The position numbers were made by a program, and so were the translations under genes. A DNA stretch of 63,765 nt, the filler included, from Octopus bimaculoides (Eukaryota), in assembly GCF_001194135.2 (NCBI RefSeq). It is 6 parts of 4 records of this genome, joined end to end, with 100 filler letters (N's around TTAATTAATTAA, not from the genome) between each part and the next. Parts side by side here need not be neighbours in the genome. Positions count along the whole stretch, not along the records: positions 61,394 to 63,765 come from NC_069002.1; 5 more parts are not named here. One strand, given 5' to 3'. Of this stretch, positions 61,434 to 63,765 are shown one piece after another (positions within the stretch are counted from its first letter, which is position 1; every line of letters starts with the position of its first letter). Under the pieces are notes generated by a model that did no database searches, was not told the DNA's origin, and was given only the letters and a program-made list of their open reading frames with translations.

Positions 61434-62189
61434 TGAATATAAACAGGGATTACCTCCTCCTGTTTCGGACTCTTCTACATTACACCATAACGAATAGATG
61501 ACACAATATCGGTAAAAAAAAAAATGGGAAATTCGAAAAGGAAATGCCAACCCGTTTATTTTTCCAAAACAATGTCACTGTGCACAACATCTTATATCAT
61601 TTTCCTAACAGGACGATTTTAATATATTTTAAAACCATATAATACAAATCTTATGTAGTTTTTCATTCTATTTTTGTTATATATATGTTGCACTGCTCCG
61701 TGACTGTAAGATCAACAAAAGATTTACTCCCTCTGGTGAGAGATAAATATTATTTAATAAGCACAATACACGATTTTATGTGCTACTATTTGTTTCATGT
61801 GGTGATAACATGCCAAGCATCATCCTATAACGCATCTATCATCTCGGTGCATTCGTCAGGCACTACCCATATCTGCCTGAGGATTGCGCCGAAATGTCAG
61901 ACACCTGTTTGGCATGTTCTTAGCCCATGAAACTACCAGAATCACATGAAAACCGGTATTGTATTTACTAAATAATATATCCAACACCACACGTAGTAAC
62001 GCGTACCTAGCTCTATTATACCATTAACACAGGTGGTTGCAAATAATATCCGGAAGCATGCAGCATGTAGCATAGATTTTATGAGTCTACTGGTAGGCAT
62101 CTGCCATATAAAAAATACAAAGATATGTATGTATGTATCTATTTTTCTTCCTTCCTTTCTTTCTTTCTGTCTTTCTTTCTTTCTGTCTG

Positions 62190-62221
<32 letters not shown>

Positions 62222-62777
62222 TGTCTCTTTCTTTCTTTCAGCCTTTCTATATTTCTATCTATCTATCAAGCAAACTCTGTATANNNNNNNNNNNNNNNNN
62301 NNNNNNNNNNNNNNNNNNNNNNNNNNNNNNNNNNNNNNNNNNNNNNNNNNNNNNNNNNNNNNNNNNNNNNNNNNNNNNNNNNNNNNNNNNNNNNNNNNNN
62401 NNNNNNNNNNNNNNNNNNNNNNNNNNNNNNNNNNNNNNNNNNNNNNNNNNNNNNNNNNNNNNNNNNNNNNNNNNNNNNNNNNNNNNNNNNNNNNNNNNNN
62501 NNNNNNNNNNNNNNNNNNNNNNNNNNNNNNNNNNNNNNNNNNNNNNNNNNNNNNNNNNNNNNNNNNNNNNNNNNNNNNNNNNNNNNNNNNNNNNNNNNNN
62601 NNNNNNNNNNNNNNNNNNNNNNNNNNNNNNNNNNNNNNNNNNNNNNNNNNNNNNNNNNNNNNNNNNNNNNNNNNNNNNNNNNNNNNNNNNNNNNNNNNNN
62701 NNNNNNNNNNNNNNNNNNNNNNNNNNNNNNNNNNNNNNNNNNNNNNNNNNNNNNNNNNNNNNNNNNNNNNNNNNNNT

Positions 62778-62865
62778 AAGTGTATGAGTATTGGGGTAGA
62801 TATCTTCGACCAACATGTTCAAAGTGGTGCCTCAGTAGGGCTGTGGTCAAATGACTGAAAGAAGA
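62778..62865 (+). mobile_element. Family A-type tail preceded by non-SINE sequence (possible LINE 3' end, cut by gap)
   Basis: ...DIFDQ... then AAAGTGGTGCCTCAGTAGGGCTGTGGTCAAATGACTGAAAG. Confidence 0.45.
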
Positions 62866-63521
62866 AATTGCATAAATGATTAAAGATAGCTAATTTTGGT
62901 TAAAGAATGACTGTAACGATGATAGCAATAATATCTTCAGCGCCTTTGAAAATCTAAAATGATATAAAATAATTGAAAGCTTTAGAATCCGTAAAATTTC
63001 GCATTCTTAAATATAGAAATATTTTAATTCTACTCCAAAGGTTTAACTTAATATGCAACCACGCATTAAGAGGCTACGGAACAGTGCAGCGGATGTGAAC
63101 AAAAGGGGCGCTAATGGCATCAACATGTGAATTGGTTTCCTGCAGTGCTAGCAAATAACGTGTCAAACTGAGAATGTAAGAGACTTTGATGAATATATAT
63201 AAATTAAAATCCTTCACTGAAAAGGTTTATGACATCGTTGCTGGAAGAAGGGAGAATAAGAATATCCAGATGTCAAAGGGAATATTAAATCGTAAAGGTT
63301 AGAATAGAACTTCAGGTGAAAGTTATATTAATTAAATTTAAATAAGCCTCAAGATTTCGTAATAATCCTTCATCTAACTATCTATATATCATGTTTAAAA
63401 TCTCTATATACGTATTAATACATTTAGCTCGCTCGCTAGCTGATTAAATACGCTCCTCTCTCTCTCATTGTGTGTGCATACATACATACATACATACATG
63501 CATACATACACACACACACAG

Positions 63522-63589
<68 letters not shown>

Positions 63590-63729
63590 ACATATATATA
63601 TATTGATGTGTGTATATGTATACGTATGTATGTATCTATCTATATACATCTATATATACACATATATAGATACACACACACTATATATATACATACGTAT
63701 AAACATTTATATGTATGCATATACATATA

Positions 63730-63765
<36 letters not shown>

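Noticed and set aside
2017-62858. Many long ORFs in the six-frame track (e.g. 2017-3045, 7793-8731, 40484-41509, 47007-48110, 57142-58305)
   Set aside because: They are mostly X from N gaps; apparent length is an artefact.

Overview
AT-rich, gap-ridden eukaryotic non-coding DNA dominated by microsatellites and transposable-element debris. The SINE types and repeat content are consistent with an octopus/cephalopod genome; this is inference from recalled repeat consensus and was not searched. I find no intact host protein-coding gene, rRNA, functional tRNA or CRISPR array. Five identical N44-TTAATTAATTAA-N44 linkers show that the window is six scaffolds joined artificially (1-17162, 17263-40039, 40140-55913, 56014-58617, 58718-61293, 61394-63765). 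Recognisable elements: decayed Tc1, mariner and maT (DD37D) transposons; Penelope-like elements (PLE), one bracketed by inverted pLTR-like repeats; an RTE LINE ending in three C2H2-like fingers; a CR1/L2-group LINE 3' end; an RLE-type LINE fragment; at least four tRNA-derived SINE families; and several MITEs, one Merlin-like with a telomeric palindrome. Most interesting: (i) three short repeats carry the same minimal type-I hammerhead ribozyme architecture, one apparently downstream of a tRNA-derived Pol III head; (ii) a LINE ORF end runs directly into the 3' tail used by the commonest SINE, pointing to its mobilising partner. Family letters A-E are my own labels. Most SINE and fragment boundaries are approximate.
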